Of a DNA stretch of 64,000 bases, positions 63,809 through 64,000 are shown in pieces. How positions within the stretch are numbered: position 1 is the stretch's first letter; each line of letters begins with the position of its first letter. The notes beneath the pieces were generated by a model that did no database searches, was not told the DNA's origin, and worked only from the letters and a program-made list of their open reading frames with translations. Location of the stretch: the NCBI GenBank assembly GCA_005881175.1, contig VBEN01000025.1, positions 21,548 to 85,547 of the forward strand, read 5' to 3'. The position numbers and the translations under genes are program-made. The DNA is from Chloroflexota bacterium. GTDB lineage: Bacteria; Chloroflexota; Dormibacteria; CF-121.

Positions 63809-64000
63809 TTAGTGCGGCTGGCCCTGGTGGACCGGCGGCTCGGTGACCGGAATGCGAATCCGTGCGGAGCTTTCCTCGCGGCCGATCGGCAGGGAAATCG
63901 TCAGGATCCCGTGGGTGAGCATCGCTTTCGCGCCACCGGCGCGAACGGCTTTGGGCAGATCGATTACCCGATGCGACGTTCCGACCGTCCATTCGTGCTG
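63809..64000 (-). CDS. Hsp20/alpha-crystallin small heat-shock protein, C-terminal part (5' end outside window)
   Basis: The frame is open from the window edge. '...HRVIDLPKAVRAGGAKAMLTHGILTISLPIGREESSARIRIPV...' matches the Hsp20 C-terminal strands. TAA at 63809-63811. Confidence 0.75.
   Translation of the reverse strand, partial: QHEWTVGTSHRVIDLPKAVRAGGAKAMLTHGILTISLPIGREESSARIRIPVTEPPVHQGQPH

Noticed and set aside
63812-63992. N-terminal 60 codons of the 346-aa UbiA ORF
   Set aside because: They overlap, in another frame, a clearly recognisable Hsp20 C-terminus on the same strand. The UbiA homology starts only after the Hsp20 stop.

Overview
This is a visibly high-G+C bacterial chromosome segment. 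The gene repertoire (DUF222-HNH, ECF sigma pairs, ThyX, NiCoT, BMP-type ABC system) fits an actinobacterium-, Chloroflexota- or Dormibacterota-like lineage, but the taxon cannot be fixed from sequence alone. I count about 70 tightly packed protein genes, many translationally coupled through ATGA, GTGA or TTGA overlaps. By eye I found no rRNA, tRNA, CRISPR array or transposase.

Gene content in order:
- 1-7.8 kb: BMP-family nucleoside-type ABC importer with two binding proteins, an ECF sigma with a membrane beta-propeller partner, and adenosine deaminase.
- 7.9-15.5 kb: HAD hydrolase, MalK-like ATPase, SDR, a DUF222-HNH endonuclease, a DUF2330-like secreted protein, an MBL hydrolase, YjbQ and a zinc-ribbon protein.
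- 15.4-21.8 kb: a metal-homeostasis block with a His-rich DUF318 permease, NiCoT, VIT1, a Fur-family regulator, a CtaG-like protein and a large unknown membrane protein.
- 21.8-26.9 kb: CPBP protease, LivJ-like binding protein, a CDP-alcohol phosphatidyltransferase and PBP1A.
- 26.9-35.3 kb: one long minus-strand array, moaD/thiS-like - NIL - mnmA - small membrane protein - ferredoxin-NADP reductase - nuoJKLMN.
- 35.4-43.5 kb: APC permease, CrtI-like oxidoreductase, a polar amino-acid ABC system, a NUDIX-like protein and a second ECF sigma/anti-sigma pair.
- 43.4-48.0 kb: trpA-trpB-trpF-trpC and an aminotransferase.
- 48.0-52.8 kb: acylphosphatase, a stand-alone DnaA domain-I protein, queG, PduO-type adenosyltransferase, NUDIX, bioY, thyX and an unknown divergent gene.
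- 52.8-58.5 kb: MFS, SRPBCC and GT1, then a coupled lipid operon (YqaA-like, CDP-alcohol phosphatidyltransferase, PlsC-like, cdsA).
- 58.5-64 kb: cyclase, glycogen-debranching enzyme, glucose-dehydrogenase-like MDR, methyltransferase, UbiA prenyltransferase and a partial Hsp20.

Most notable observations:
1. trpC is broken by a perfect 32-bp inverted duplication of its own IIGINNR-coding segment. This looks like a template-switch or chimera signature.
2. Three other genes (two of them well conserved) carry internal deletions or frameshifts, and at least four genes have conserved N-termini with no ATG/GTG/TTG start.
3. A ubiquitin-like sulfur carrier and a NIL protein are translationally coupled to a CxxC-type MnmA.
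4. An orphan nuoJKLMN module with a 5'-truncated nuoJ abuts a ferredoxin-NADP reductase gene.
5. A Nur-box-like 10-3-10 palindrome precedes the NiCoT gene, near a Fur-family regulator.
6. A stand-alone DnaA N-terminal domain protein is present.

I found no clear, self-contained novel multi-gene system such as a defence island.
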